From the human T2T-CHM13v2.0 reference genome, Homo sapiens, in the NCBI RefSeq assembly GCF_009914755.1, contig NC_060943.1: a stretch of DNA of 64,000 nt. One strand, written 5' to 3'. The position numbers and the translations under genes were made by a program. Below the pieces are notes generated by a model. The model saw only the letters and a program-made list of their open reading frames with translations, searched no databases and was not told where the DNA came from. Positions 41,210 to 58,617 of the stretch are shown piece by piece; the first letter of the stretch is position 1; each line of letters begins with the position of its first letter.

Positions 41210-43790
41210 CATACAGTGCCATCATGATTAATTAATTACCTATGATTGAGTGGCTATTAAGCAAATGCCTTGAAGGATCGAATGGCGATGCTATTCACTG
41301 CTGTGTGAGCATTAATGACCACAAAGACTGTGTGGTAAACTCTCTGCTCCTAACTCTGCTGGAAAACCTGCAAAGGGCAAGTGCCAAGCTCAGGTCTTAC
41401 CTTGTAGGTCAAGTTATGGTTGTAAACTACAGAAATGCCTTATGACTTCAAACAATTTCATGTCATTTGACTATGGGGACAATCTTGCAAAAAAAAAAAA
41501 ATCAGACCCCAAATTTAATTGTATTTATTGAAGAATTACGACATAATTTGAATTTAAAGATTTGTCTGCGCTTCTTATAGGAAATTTAGGGCAGTTATTG
41601 GAAAGGACTGAGGGGCTTGGGCTTGGAAAGGGGTCTTGCATGAAGATCAAGTACCCAAGAACATGTGGATGACCCCTATGCATGGTCTTTGGATAAAGTC
41701 GAAAATCTTCAACCCCCTTGCCCCAAGACTTTTTGAAACTCTCTTGATACCAGAATATAGCCTGATTTCCTTGGTCTGGAGAGATTAGTCTTTCCTTACT
41801 GGAAGACTCTAATAATTCTGCTTGGAGAGATTGCCCAAGCACAGGAAGGTGCTGAGTCTCTTCAAAACTCATCCCAATCACTATTCATTCCAGACCAAGA
41901 ATAAAATGCAAGTCTCTTCCATGGGGTAAATGCAATGCCCGACCCTTGAGAAGATCTTACATTCTAAAGGAATTATTGGATTCTCTGATTTATATCAGCA
42001 GACACCTGAGAAATATATGTTAAAGTGGACACTAGGAATCTTAGACCAACAAAGATAAAATATTACACTGGCTTAGCCAAATATATTGATACGGGTGTAC
42101 TAACAAAAGATTACAGATACAATGTTTTGGCTCAAGAAGCTCTCAGGTGGATGAAGGAATTTGCTTTATGTTTGATTGAAACAATATTATCACTATATTC
42201 CAATGAAAATGGACTCAACAATGACCCAAATTTAACGAGGATGATGTCAGAACTTTCTTGGCATAATGGAGAAAAAATAACCCAAAGGTTTAGAGAGTTA
42301 AAAATGTTGGAAAATAAAAAATGACAAAAGTTCAACCTGTACCCTCATCTCCTCTGCTCTTACCCCTCAAGTAGTATACTGGTAAAGACAGCACAAGTGT
42401 CCATGAAAAGCTCTGTGAAGACTAACCTGGTTCAGCCTATTTTTTTTCACCTTATATATTCTGAAGCCATTCTTTGCCTATTTTTGCCTTACATATTCTG
42501 AAGCTATTTTATCATGTGCAGGTAAATTTCTAATGTATCTTCCTAGTATATTGAATATTTAATCCTTAAAAAATTGGCCCTTTTATCTCCATTAACACTT
42601 TGTTTGGTAAAAGATATATTTTCTGATATTGACATACTTATGATGGTCAGTTTAATGTGCCAATGTTTCTAGGTTATAGTCCCCAGAACATTCAATGAAA
42701 CGTTAATCTAGGTGTTGCTGTGAAGGTGCTTTGTACACAGGATTAAGATTTATGATCAGTTTATTGGGGATGACAGAAAGAAATACTGCAACGGATATAA
42801 TCACACTGCTTTCAATCAGGATGATGGAATTGTCAAAGGCAATGTGTCATTACTTAATCCCTAGAGATAAGTTGAGCACATTAGCTTTAAAGAGGATCAG
42901 AGATAAAATGGGAGGTCATCCTACCCCTACCAAAGAAGCTCAATTCTTGATAGTCACCTTTGGATTTTGGAGGAAATGTACAACTATGATTGGATGCTCT
43001 AACCCACTTACTACGTAAATCTTAAGACTTCCAGTTTGGAGTTGTTCTCAGTTCAAGGAAAGGCTCTGCAGCAGGTCCAGGCTGTAGTATAAGAAGCTTT
43101 ACAACTTGAGGTTTATAACTCAAGATTAAATTATACTTGAATTATCTGGAATAATTAAGAATGTCGGTGTGCCCCAGAGTGAAGACCCCTAGGACTTTTG
43201 TTGCAAAGCCATGCTCTGTTTTTGAGAACATGATGGATCTCTTGAGAAAGAGCTTCTGACTTATTACCAGGCCTTGGTAGAGACTGATACCCTTACTATG
43301 GGATATGAAGCGAATATATAATACAAACTGCCCATCATGAAGTAGGTGCTCTGTGACCCATCAAGCTAAAAGGTTGGGCATGTGAAGCAATAATCCATTA
43401 TGAAGTGAATTTGGATATGATATAACTGACTTCAAGATGGGCTTCAAGAAGTCCAGAAATCACAACCAAGTGACATGAGCAGGTGACCCAGATTCCTACA
43501 ACTCCTCCTGGGATATTGCCTTATTTTTTCATGAAATCACATGTGTGACCTCATGGGCAGTTCTTTATGGCCATTGCTTGAGGAGGAAAACATTTCATCT
43601 TGGTTTTCAAGTGGTTCTGCTCAATCAACTGGCACAGCAAGGAGTGGACTTTTGCATCATGACAAACTCAACCACAGTGAACCTGAGAGCGGGACTGAAG
43701 GAACTCCCCCTAGTGGCAGAATTTCATAAATACATTTGGCTTTTCATTTTGAGACTGAGAGGTCAGAAGGACAGATACAAACTGAACCAT
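41210..43790 (+). mobile_element. Degenerate ERV-L internal region (gag/pol remnants)
   Basis: ORF 42731-43018 has HPTPTKEAQFLIVTFGFWRK, resembling ERV-L pol PTTKKEAQRLVGLFGFWRQ; many stops. Confidence 0.7.
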
Positions 43791-46700
43791 GCCTACAGCG
43801 TTAGGTAACACATTTTTTCCCAGAAATTTGTCCATTTTCTATAAGTATTCAAAACTTTTCATACAGCTTACTACTTTCTGCTTATTTTGCATTAGATTAA
43901 GTAATGTTTTCTCCCTTATATTCCTGCATACTAGTTATTTTTGCCTTCTATATTTCTGGACTAATTGCAACTGAGGTTTGCCCATTTTATTATTTGTATC
44001 AAAAACTAGCTGTTCGTGATGTTGTTCCTTTCTACTGAATATGTTTTCTATGCTATGTGCTCTTATCATTTGATATTTCCTTCTCTCAAATTCCTTTTGG
44101 TTTTGTTGTTCTTTTTCTAAGTTCTTGAAATTAAAGCTTAGTTTATTAAATTTTAGCTTTTCCCACCCTAGCATATACATTTAAGGTTATATATAGTTCC
44201 TCTAATAAATGCTTTAGTTTTACTCTAAAAGTTTTATAGTATTTTCAGTATCCAGTTTTAAATAATTTCTTATTTGTGTTATGATGATAATGATGACAAT
44301 TTTTTTTAAGATGGAGTCTCACTGTTGCCCAGGCTGGAGTGCAGTGCCTCCCAGATCCAAGCAATTCTCCTGCTTCAGCCTGCTGAGTAGCTGGGATTAC
44401 AGGCACATGCCACCACACCCAGCTAAGTTTTGTATTTTTTTTTTTTCAGTAGAGACAGGGTTTCGCCATGTTGCCCAGGCTAGTCTTGAAATCCTGACCT
44501 CAAGTGATCTGCCCACCTCGGCCTCCCAAAGTGTTGGGATTACAGGCATGAGCCGCCACGCCTGGCTGTATGTTTTGATTATTTAATCTATGACTTATTT
44601 TAAGGGATTTTCTAAGTTTCCACTAATTATGTACAGTTACATAGACATTGGTATATAATTACATTTTATTACTTATTTTGAGCTTAATAACATTGAAATC
44701 AATTAACATATTCTGTATGGTTTCACTTCTCTGACATATGTTGAAATATACTTTTGGCCCAGTATATGGTAAAAAAAAATTTTTTAATACTCCATGTGTG
44801 CTCAAATAGAATATGTTTTCTGCAGTTGTTTGGAGCAGTTTCTACCTATGGCCATAGACCAAGTTTGTTAATCATGTTATTTATGTATACTATGTTGCAT
44901 ATCCTTAACAATTCTCTTGTTTGTGTGTACCATCAGTTATTGTAAAATATGTGTTAAAAATTGCCCTCCATAAATGTGGATTAGGCTATTTTGTTTTCAC
45001 TTTGCCTATTCTTGCCTTATGTATTCTGAAGCTATTTTATCATGTGCAGGTACATTTCAAATGTATCTTCCTAGTAGATTGAATCTTTAATCCCTACGAA
45101 GTGGTCCCTTTTACCTCCATTAATACTTCTTTTTGTAATAGACATATTTTCTGATATTGATATATTCAGTTTTATGTGTCAGTGTGTCTAGGTAACAGTC
45201 TCCAGGATATTCAATGAAACATTAATCTAGGTGTTGCTGTGAAGATGCTTTGTACACATGATTAAGATTTATAATCAGTTTAAGGAAGATTATGCTTCAT
45301 AATCTGGGTAAGCCTGATTCAATCCGTGGAAGACCTTCAGTGCAGAACTGAGGCTGCTCTGAGAAAGAAGAAATTCTCCCTGTGGATTGCAGCTTGAGCT
45401 CATGACGAAGTCCTAGCTTGGACTTCCAGATGACCCTCCCTATAGATCTCGGACTTGCCTAGCCAGCTCCCACAAAAGCATACGCCATTTTCTTGCAATG
45501 AGTCTTTCTTTCTTTTTTTTGAAGTTCCTTTTTTTAAACTTTTATTTTAAGTTCAGGGGTACAAGTATAGGTTTGTTACATAGGTAAATTTGTGTCACGA
45601 GGGTTTGTTGTACAGATTGTTTCGTCACCCAGGTATTAAGCCTAGTACCCATTAGTTATTTTTTCCTGATATTCTCCCTCCTCCCACCCTCCTACCCTCC
45701 AAAATGCCCTAGTGTGTGTTGTTCCCCTCTATGTGTCCATGTGTTCTCATCATTTAGCTCCCTCTTAGAAGTGTCAACATGTGGTATGTGGTTTTCTGTT
45801 CCTGTGTCAGTTTGCTAAGGATAATGGCCTCCAGCTCCATTCATGTCCCTGCAAAGGACATGATCTCATTCTTTTTTATGGCTGCATAGTAGTTCATTGA
45901 GTATATGTACCATATTTTCTTTACCCACTCTATCATTGATGGGCATTTAGGTTGATTCCATGTCTTTGCTATTGTGAATAGTTGAATCTTTCAATACATA
46001 CATCCTACAGACTTGTTTTTTCCAGTGGAAACTTGACTGACTACATCAGTTTCTTTTGGTTACGGTTTTCATGGTATGTCTTTTTTCATCCTTCTACACA
46101 CAACCTCCCCTATATTTATCTTTTATGTAGATCTCTTATAAACAACGTATAGCTACACTTTCCCCCAGTCTTACTATGCTGGTATTTTAACTGTAGCATT
46201 TAATTCACTTGTGCTTAATGTGATTCTTAGACTGTATTTGAGTCTAAATACAGAATCTTATACTTGTATTCTACATGTTCTATCCATCCTTTTTTTCTTT
46301 AATCTCTTATTTCTTGTCTTCTCTGGTTTGACTGAATAATGTTTCTATCACCTTTTATACTTCCTCTAGTTCACAGGTGGTAAACTTGGCTTCGATTCTT
46401 TAAGTAAATTTCCTCGAGATTACAATAATAAATTATCCAAATGTAACATTCATCATAACATTTAATTTTCTCTGGAAAAATATAAAGACTTTATGTAATA
46501 TAAATTCTATTTACACTCTTCTGAACTTTATGTTATTATAGTTTCTGGGCTATATAATATTGGTATTTCAATATTACATTTGATGTTTGACCCCTCTACA
46601 AACCATCATTTTTACAAGAACTATTTGTTTCATTTTGCTCACATATTTGCTACTTTCCTAGGTTTTCATTTTTTTTGGATCTCAAAAATCTAATCTGGGA

Positions 46701-47350
46701 TCACTTTCCTAATACCTGAATTATATGTTTTAGAATTTATTTGAGAAATCTTTTCTTTATTAACACTCACATATTTTGGTTTTCCTTAAAATATCTATAT
46801 TTCACTTTCAGTCTTAAAATGTGTTTTCATTGAGTAGGCTTTCTAAAACAACATTTATTTCTCTTAAGGCATCAAAGACATCTTTCTATTGCATTTAGCC
46901 TTCCAATGTTGCTCCTAAAAAAGTCAGCTGTCAGTCTAATTGTGGTTTTTTGCTTGTTTGTTTGTTTTGTTTTGCTTTTTCTGAGTTGGAGTCTCGCTCT
47001 GTTGCCCAGGCTGGAGTGCAGTGATGCAATCTCAGCTCACTTCAACCTCCACCTCCCAGGTTCAAGCAATTCTCCTGCTTCAACCTGCAGAAGTACCTGG
47101 GATTACAGGCAAGCGCCACCACACCGAGCTAATTTTTGTATTTTAGTAGAGATGGGGTTTCACCATGTTGGCCAGACCAGTCTCGAACTCCTGACCTCCA
47201 GTGATCCACCCACCTCAGCCTCCCAAAGTGCTGGGATTACAGGCGTGAGCCACTGCTAACTGTGGTCTTTTAAGTGTAATCTATCTTTTTATTTTTCATG
47301 GCTACTCTTAAGAATTTTCCTTAATAGTTGGTCTTCATTAAATGCTTTCT
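43790..47350 (-). mobile_element. Old L1M (antisense) interrupted by Alus (44305-44566, 46950-47255), MLT2-type LTR (~45170-45500) and younger L1 3' end (45520-45985)
   Basis: T-rich L1 antisense sequence; MLT2 motif AATCTAGGTGTTGCTGTGAAG. Confidence 0.7.
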
Positions 47351-47638
47351 TCAATTTCACTGGAATAGTGGAGACTGGGATTTGTAAGAGGAAGCTGTGG
47401 AAATGGACATGGGGTATTGGTGACTGGTGAGGAATTGATCTGGGGAAATCTGGATGGACAAGATCATGTAGAGAGCCTTGAGCAGAAAGATGATGGATGG
47501 AAACCTTATTTTGGGGAGTCGTGAAGAGTTCTGAACAGGGGGTGACACAGACACCTGGTGCTGTGGCCTCTGGGCCTACTCCTTTTCAGCCTTAGAAGAA
47601 ATTGCCAGCAGAAACCGTCTGTTAAAACAGCTAATCAA

Positions 47639-47975
<337 letters not shown>

Positions 47976-48276
47976 TTACAAAAATATACAGACTTTATGA
48001 AAACCTTTGTGTCAGGGCCTTTGTTAGCTGTTTTACAGCTAACAAAGCTGTATGTTAGCTGTATGCTTTCTTTGACCTTTCACAATAATCTGGTTAGATG
48101 GAAATTATTTCCCTGCCTTACAGAGCAGGGACATAAAGCGACTTGCTCAATAGCTGGCATAGATGGAGTTGAACTCAGTTCTCTTGGACAGAAGTCCTGT
48201 GGTCTGCCATATATACGAAGGTATTTATATAGTCCATTTACAACAAAAACATTAATTTTAAAAGAATTGGACACAG

Positions 48277-48658
48277 TGTTATGGGCTAAATTGTTCCCTT
48301 CTAAAATTCATATGTTGGAAGTCCTAAATCTCAATATCTCAGAAGGTTACTGTATTTGGAGGGTCTTTAAATAGTTAATTTATTTAAATTAGGTCATGGG
48401 GAGGCCCTAATCCAATATGACTAGTGTCTTTATAAGAAGAGAAGATTAGGACACAAACACACTCAGAGGAAAGACCATGTGAAGACACAAGGAGGAGACA
48501 GCCATCTACAAGCCAACAAGAGAGGCCTTAGAAGGGACCAACCCTGATAACACCTTGTTCTCAGACCTCTAACATCTGAAACTATACGAAAATAAAGTTC
48601 TGTGTTTATGTCACTCGGTTTGTGGTACATTGCTGTGGCAGCCCTAGTAACCAATACA
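48277..48658 (+). mobile_element. MLT1B-type LTR just downstream of the SIGLEC6 stop (3' UTR)
   Basis: TGTTATGGGCTAAATTG...GCAGCCCTAGTAACCAATACA. Confidence 0.8.
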
Positions 48659-48709
48659 CTGAGAGGTACCATGTTCTCTCCAATCAAGGTTATGGCTTTG
48701 GACAATTCC

Positions 48710-48883
48710 TCACTTGTGTATCTTGATTTCTGAGTACTCAGTGTCGGTGACCTTTGGTTCCTGAGGTTGCACCTTGTGGAAGTGTAGGACAGCGTAGTGG
48801 AGCTCCTGCTCATCTTCTGAGATGGGGCCAGCCTCAGCAGGGTGGTCTGAAACTATGCCTGTCTGGAACTGGTGCTGATGACC
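48710..48883 (-). CDS. SIGLEC6: SIGLEC6 last exon (ITIM LHYAVL, TEYSEI motif)
   Basis: GHQHQFQTGIVSDHPAEAGPISEDEQELHYAVLHFHKVQPQEPKVTDTEYSEIKIHK*. Confidence 0.95.
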   Translation of the reverse strand, partial: GHQHQFQTGIVSDHPAEAGPISEDEQELHYAVLHFHKVQPQEPKVTDTEYSEIKIHK

Positions 48884-48999
48884 CTTAATGGAAGAAAAGA
48901 AAAGATTCAGGGCTGGACAATAGGTTCTCAAAGAAAGCAGCCAAGGATCAGAAAGGGAGTAGAACTGATGGAACTTTATTATTTATCCATTCATTTATT

Positions 49000-49300
49000 A
49001 TTTTATTTTATTTCATTTTATTTTATTTTATTTTTGAGATGGGGTCTCGCTCTGTTGTCCAGGCTGGAGTGCAGCGGCATGATCACGGCTCAGGCAGCCT
49101 TGAACACCTGGGTTCGAATGAACCTTCTGCTTCAGCCTCCTGTGTAGCTGGGACTACAGGCATGCACCCCACCTGGCTAATTTTTGTAGAGATGGAGTTC
49201 TACTATGTTGCCCAGGCTGGTCTTGAACCCCTGGGCTCAAGGAATCCACCCACCTTGGCTTCCTAAAGTGCTGGGATTACAAGCATGAGCCACCACATCC
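49000..49300 (-). mobile_element. AluJ-like
   Basis: Antisense Alu with (TTTTA)n tail. Confidence 0.85.
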
Positions 49301-49989
49301 ACCGCATTCATTTATTTTAAAATATTTAATAATTAAGATTGGCAAGCCCTTAGTGAGTGTTTACATTAATCAGTCATATTCTATTCTCAAAAAATGCTTT
49401 GCAGTGGATTCCATGATTACATTCATCTTACAAACGGGAACACTAAGGCTAAGAGAGGCTCCACATGTTGCCTATAGACACACATCTATATAAATGCACC
49501 ACTGAGAAGGACTCAGAACCAGCTTATTGTTGTGTAGGTCATGTGACATGTGCTAGATGTTAAGCCATGAAGAAAGCAGACACAGTCCCAGATAGTAGGC
49601 AGTGTGGTTTTCTATGAGATGCAGTTAGTTAAAAACAGGAAACAAAATCACTTTTTTAATTCATGATAGCAGATATTTTGAAATATAAAGCAGGGGAGGA
49701 GTGGCATATCTGATTCCTAGACAGGTACTGGAGGACAGAACAGAGACCGGGTCCTGCAGTACAGGCCACCGGACGCCCTCTCCTGTACCTTCTCTTTCTA
49801 ATGCCCCTGAAAACTTGAAAGTAAAGCATGGTAAAGAAATTATGTAATGATTCCCAACAAAGTGGGGATTTAACACACACTAAGTGTGTTATATCTCCAA
49901 ATAAACCAAGAGGCAATACAAGAAATTATGGAATGAGCAAATAAGAAAAAGTGGGAAATCTCTGGGGAAACAAAATATTTTATACTGGA

Positions 49990-50021
<32 letters not shown>

Positions 50022-50369
50022 TCAGGGAGGCATTGGTGACAGTGCGTGAATGGCTACAGAAATGAGATTTATGTTCCGCTCATGTCTTTCCTCCATCATT
50101 GGGATAATATATTCCTGCCTGCATTCTTGCTACACAAATCAGTGGCAAAGTCCGAGACTAAAGGTGTGAATTTCTGCAGGAGAAATGACAGATCAGCACA
50201 AAAGCCCTACTGAATGAAGAAAATAACAGGTGGAAATTGCCTCTCCCTGGGCTTCCCCTGGCCACCTTCCCCCATCCACACATCCCAGACTTTTGGAAGA
50301 CAGTCTAGGTATTACCTCCCCCAGCACCAATTTTTCCTGAGGGTCTGAACAACAGGAATCATGACTTGA

Positions 50370-53280
<2,911 letters not shown>

Positions 53281-53329
53281 GTACTTATACTACCAGTTAC
53301 TGAGATAAGAGTTTTTAAAAAATCGACTA

Positions 53330-55922
53330 TGGAGTGTGCGCCACTCTAATGGAGAGGAGATAGAGTGGCAAATAAACATTAGCTCGCCAACTAGACCATC
53401 CAGAAGGACACGTTGACATTCATCAAGGAAGCAACATGACCCGGAGAGCAGAGAAGAATGAGACAAGGCAGCTCCCCAGGATTGGCATGGAGCCAAGGGA
53501 GGCTCCCCACGATGGGGAAACAGTGAGCAAGTGACAGCCCCCAAGGACCCACACTTCTGCCATGGACCTTTGCAGTCCTGGGCATGAGAGATCCCCTGAA
53601 GCCTCCAGACTGACATGGAGAGCTGTGCGGAGTCTGGGCAGGGCCACTGCTCAGGCCCATGTGGAGCCCCAAGGGCCTTGGACCTATGAGCAGCTGGGCA
53701 CCAGGTGTCATAGCTTCACCAACAAGAGAGGCCAGGTTCTCTCACATGCTCTCAGGGTAGGGACCACATTTATGGTGCTGAGGAGCTGACAGATTGCATA
53801 CCTCACCTCTGCTACAGCTCGCCAGAGAAAGCCCACTGGCCTGGGACCCCAGCATAGCCACCTCACCCCTGCCTGAGCACTTGGGCCAGTAGCAGCTCTC
53901 GACTTCTCTGGGACAGGGCTCCCAGAGGTAACAGACAAGTCTGCCATTTTTTCTGCCGCCACAGCTCCCACTCCTACTCCCCCGAGGCTGGAGAAGGAGA
54001 AAAGAGCATAAGGACTATCACTGGCCTCCAACACACCGGAACTGCTTTATGGAAAAGCAGCCAGACCGTATCAGTGTGGGTCCCTGCCCCTGTTATTCCT
54101 GACTGAGAAGGACATCCTGACCCGGGCCCCCAGCACAGCTGCCCTGCCCCCACCTGAGTTGGTGGCAGTTCTGTGTTTCTCTGAGGAGGATATCCCAGGG
54201 TCAACCCACAGGCTCTTTGCCATTGCCACTGCAGTGGTACTGCCCTTGATGTCTTCAGGCTGGGAAAAGAATAAAGACCTTGATCACTTTGCTGGCACCT
54301 CCAACACACTACAAGCACCATACGGAAAGGAGCCCAGTCTCGCTTCCCTGTGGGCCCCCTACTCCCTGCTCTTCACCAGGCAGGGCCCCTGACTGGGGCC
54401 TGCAGCACAGCGGCCCCACCCCTAGATGAACGTTCCCATTGGCAGTGGCTCTGTGGCTTTCTGGGGTGGAGCTCTCAGAGCAGCTGGCAGCCCCTCTGCC
54501 ATTGCTGCTGCAGCCATGCTGCCCTTGCTGCCCTCAGGCTAGGGAAGGAACAAAGAGCCTGATTTATTTGGTGGAACCTCCAGCATGCCACAGCTGCACT
54601 ACAGAGAGGAGCCCAGTCTCTCTTCCCTGTGAGCCTCCAACCGTTACTCTTCACCAGGTAAGTCCCCCTGCTTGGGCCCACAGCACAGCTGCCTCAACCC
54701 AGGGTGATTATTCCAATTGGCAGCAGCTCTGCATTCCTCTAGGATGAAGCCCCAAGAGACAAGGAAAAAGCCCTCTACCACTGGCACTTCCAAGGTCCCT
54801 GCCCCTGCTGCTCCAAGCTGGGGAGGAAACAAAATGCCTGGGCTCACCACAGGGCTGTAGTGTGCAGCCTGAGTGCCAAGTCAAGATCTGTAGCCAGCAC
54901 TTGAGTGAGAGAGGAGCCCACACTCTCAGAGCACTAGGAGGGAGCATGGCTGCAAATGTGAGGAACTACAGAGGATTCATGTGGCTGAACAAGAGCCTAC
55001 CTGCCAGCCATTATGCTTAAGCACCACCTATTGGATCACATCCAAACTTCAACACCAAAAATACTTTGCTAATATACCCCACTGTGAAACTAAGGACAAG
55101 AATTTAGCAACAAATAAAGATCGTGCACAAAGCGTTGGCCTTCTGAAAACGTCCAGAAACAAAGCCAACTGACTATACTCAAATGACAGCACAAGTAAGG
55201 GAACATGAGCCCACATAAATGAGAAAGAACCAGTGCAAGGACTCTGGCAAATCTAAAAGCCAGAGTGTCTTCTTACCTCATAATGACCACACTAGTTCCC
55301 CAGCAAAAGTTCTTAACCAGAATGAAATGGATAAAATAACAGACGAAAAATTCAGAATCTGGATGACAATCAAGATTATTGAGATTCAGGAGAAAGTAGA
55401 AACCCATTCCAGGGAATCAAAGGAATCCAGTAAAACAATTGAAGAGATGAAAGATGAAATAGCCATCTTAAGAAAGAACCAAACTGAGCTGATAGAGCTG
55501 AATAACTCACTATAAAAATTTCATAACACAATCAGAAGTATTAACAGCAGAATAAACCAAGCTGAGGAAAGAATATCAGAGCCCAAAGACTGGTTCTTCA
55601 AATTAACTCAGGCAGACAAAAGAACAAAGAATTTTAGAAATGAACAAAACCTCCAAAAACTGTGGGATTATGTAAAGAGACCAAATCTACAACTCATCGG
55701 CATCCCTGAAAGAGAAGGAGAGAGAGCAAGCAACTTGAACAACATATTGGAGGATATTGTCCACAAAAATGTCCCCAACCTCTCTAGAGAGGTCAGCATG
55801 CAGATTCAGGAAATTCAGAGAGCCTTGGTAAGATAATATATAAGACAACCATTCCCAAGACACACAGTCATCAGGTTCTCCAAGGTCAATGCCAAAGAAA
55901 AAATATTACAGGCAGCTAGAGA
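53330..55922 (+). mobile_element. L1PA/PB-type 5' UTR + ORF1 remnant, 3' truncated, in SIGLEC6 last intron
   Basis: ORF 55219-55515 MRKNQCKDSGKSKSQSVF...FRIWMTIKIIEIQEKVE is L1 ORF1-like; continues to YVKRPNL-like sequence. Confidence 0.85.
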
Positions 55923-56375
55923 TGCCTGTAATATTGTAATAGTGATGAGCAGTAATGACTTTGGGTTGATTTGGGCTGTCTACTCTAGGGCTTGTGTCTA
56001 CCACATTCCTTGTACTTAATGCACCTGACACAGACTAAGTTTTGTTCATTTCTTTTTCTCAATAATCAATGCCATAAGAAAAGACTAATATTCCAGGAAA
56101 TATGATAATCTGACATATGAGGAGCATAAATACCCCCCAGCAAATTAACTGGAGTACGTATTTCATCAGAACTATTAGATTCAGTTCCAAATGTTACTAT
56201 TTTAAATTATTGAAATCAATACTTTTTAAATTATTACTGAGTCAAAAATTTAAAATGTCACATGTGGAACCGCAGGGAATGTCAGGTGTTAATGAAGAAA
56301 TGCCTCAGGGTCCTTACTTAGGGCAGCATTCAAAAGGGATAATGCTGAATGGAAATTAAGGTCTCTGTCACTCAC

Positions 56376-56457
56376 CCTGGAGCCTGAGACCATGACGGGG
56401 TTCACATCATCCGTGTTTTGCACTGGCTGGGCTGCTTTCTTCCTTCTAGTCTTCACT
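56376..56457 (-). CDS. SIGLEC6: SIGLEC6 juxtamembrane exon
   Basis: RVKTRRKKAAQPVQNTDDVNPVMVSGSR; 82 nt. Confidence 0.93.
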
Positions 56458-56788
56458 CTGAGGGAACAGCCCTAAGCCTTTCAGCCTGGTTATTTGGAGC
56501 CTCTTTCCCCAAAAGAAAACCATCTCCCCACTCCCTGTGGAGAGTACAGAAGTAATTAAGAGGTCCAGGTGCTCACATGAGCCCAAGAGTTGGACCACGG
56601 TTTCAAAGAGACCCCTTGCTTGGTTCAGCTGGTCAACGGGGTAATTCACACCACCACTACCCTCCCTTTCCTCACTCTAGACTTTCCCAATCACCCCATT
56701 TTCCTCCACTCAGGTTTTCTGAGATTCTGCCACCTGTGTGCCCTTCCCACATGAAGTCTTTCTGTGCCTCCCTGGAGCCCACTCTCAC

Positions 56789-56882
56789 CTGAAGATGAAG
56801 CAAACACAGAGGAAAACCAGGGTTGTGATGCTAGCTCCCCAGACTGCTCCCAGGACACCACCAGCCCTGCCTTCTGGTTTCC
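56789..56882 (-). CDS. SIGLEC6: SIGLEC6 transmembrane exon
   Basis: ttatag|GG; WKPEGRAGGVLGAVWGASITTLVFLCVCFIF; AG|GTGAGA; 94 nt. Confidence 0.93.
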
Positions 56883-57144
56883 CTATAATTTGAATTTTAA
56901 GTGAACTCCAGTTCTAATTCCAGGACATCCTCCCAACAGCCATTCCTCTCCACCTTCCACTAATGTGACCACCCCCATCCAGGACTCAGTCACTCACCAT
57001 TTCACTGCCCTGTGAACCCGGAGCCAGCCTCTTCTCTCTCCATGACTCCCCCTTCCCCCAACTGCAAGACTGAGGACGTTGTGCCCCCAGCCACTCTTGT
57101 CTGGGCCTTGGAAACATCTTCTCCAAGCTTCATTTCTCTGGAGC

Positions 57145-57948
57145 AGTTAGGGGTTGAATTATGTCTCCCCACAATTCCTATTTTGAAGTCCTAACCCCCA
57201 GCACCTCAGAGCATGACCTGATTTGGAGAAGGGTCATAGCTGATGTAATTAGTTATAATGAGGTGTTCCTGGATCAGGGTGAGCCCTAATCCAATATGAC
57301 TGTTGTCCTTATAAAAAGGGGAAAATGTGGGTCGGGTGCAGTGGTTCACACCTGTAATCCCATCATTTTGGGAGGCCAAGGCTAGCAGATCACCAGGTCA
57401 GGAGATCGAGACCATCCTGGCCAACATGGTGAAACCCTGTCTCTACTCAAAATATAAAAATTAGCTGGGCATGGTGGTGGGCGCCTGTAGTGCCAGCTAC
57501 TCGGGAGGCTGAGGCAGGAGAATCTCTTGAACCCGGGAGGTGGAGGTTGCATATGTCAGATTACCATGTTGCAGTGAGCCAAGATCGCACCATTGCATTC
57601 CAGCCTGGCAACAGAGTGAGACCCTCTCTCAAAAAAAAAAAAAAAAAAAAAAAAGGGAAAATGTGGACACAGACGCACATGTGGACACAGACACCACCAT
57701 GTGAAGATTAAGTCAGAGGTCGAGGCAATGCTTCTTCAAGCCTAGGAACGCCAAAGACTCCCAGGAAACCACCAGAAGCCAGGGAAGGAGCATGGAAGAG
57801 ATTCTCTCACAGCCTCAAAAGGAACCAACTCTAACACCATACATGATCTTGGACTTCTGACCTTGAGAACCGTGAGACAATAAATCCCTATTGTTTAAGT
57901 CGTGCACTTTGAAGTACTTTGTTATGGCAGCCCTAGCAAACTCATACA
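57145..57948 (+). mobile_element. MLT1 LTR interrupted by Alu (57329-57653)
   Basis: MLT1 motifs on both sides; AAAAGGGGAAAATGTGG / AAAGGGAAAATGTGG duplicated around the Alu. Confidence 0.8.
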
Positions 57949-58359
57949 AGGACCCAGGCTTCTCTTCCCCCAATTGTCACCTCTTAGCAGACTCCTGACC
58001 TGGCAGCAGCTGGGACAGAGCTGCTCTGGGATGTTCTGGGCCTCAAAGCCGAGCCTGAGACTTGAGCTGAATCCCTGGCAGGGGCTCAGGGAGCTGTTGA
58101 CCAAGGGTCCGGCTGGCTGGGGGTGACTGTGAAGGAGCCATGGCTGCTGTTCCCATGCCTCCAGAATCTCCTCCCCAAGCTGCCAGTGCAGGGAGGAGCC
58201 ACTGCAGTGTGGACTCTAAGCCTCCCAGAGGTAGGAGGGTCCCAGCAGTTGTGAGGGGTCTGGGGAGGGAGGACAGGACTTAGCAGGGGCCTCTTCTCTG
58301 AATACTATGGAGCTCTCGCCCAGCTGCCCACACTCTCGCGCACCTGCCCCCACACTCAC

Positions 58360-58617
58360 AATGCACAAAGAGACTCAGAGAGATTTGCAGGGAGCCCAGA
58401 GGATGCTGAGCACGGCAGGTGAAATCTCCTTCTTCTGCAGACCCTACTTGAGGCAGCTCCAGGACCCCGGTATTGGAGATGGGGGTGGCGTTCAGGGCGG
58501 GGAAGCCCTGGAACCAGCTCAGGTGTGCAGGGGGGTTGCCGTCAGCATCACAGAGCAGCCGCAGAGCCTGGCCCTCCAGGACAGGGAGGGACGAGGTGTT
58601 TTGCAGGATTTTGAAGG
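58360..58617 (-). CDS. SIGLEC6: SIGLEC6 C2-set 2 exon
   Basis: AFKILQNTSSLPVLEGQALRLLC...GDFTCRAQHPLGSLQISLSLFVH; 258 nt. Confidence 0.95.
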
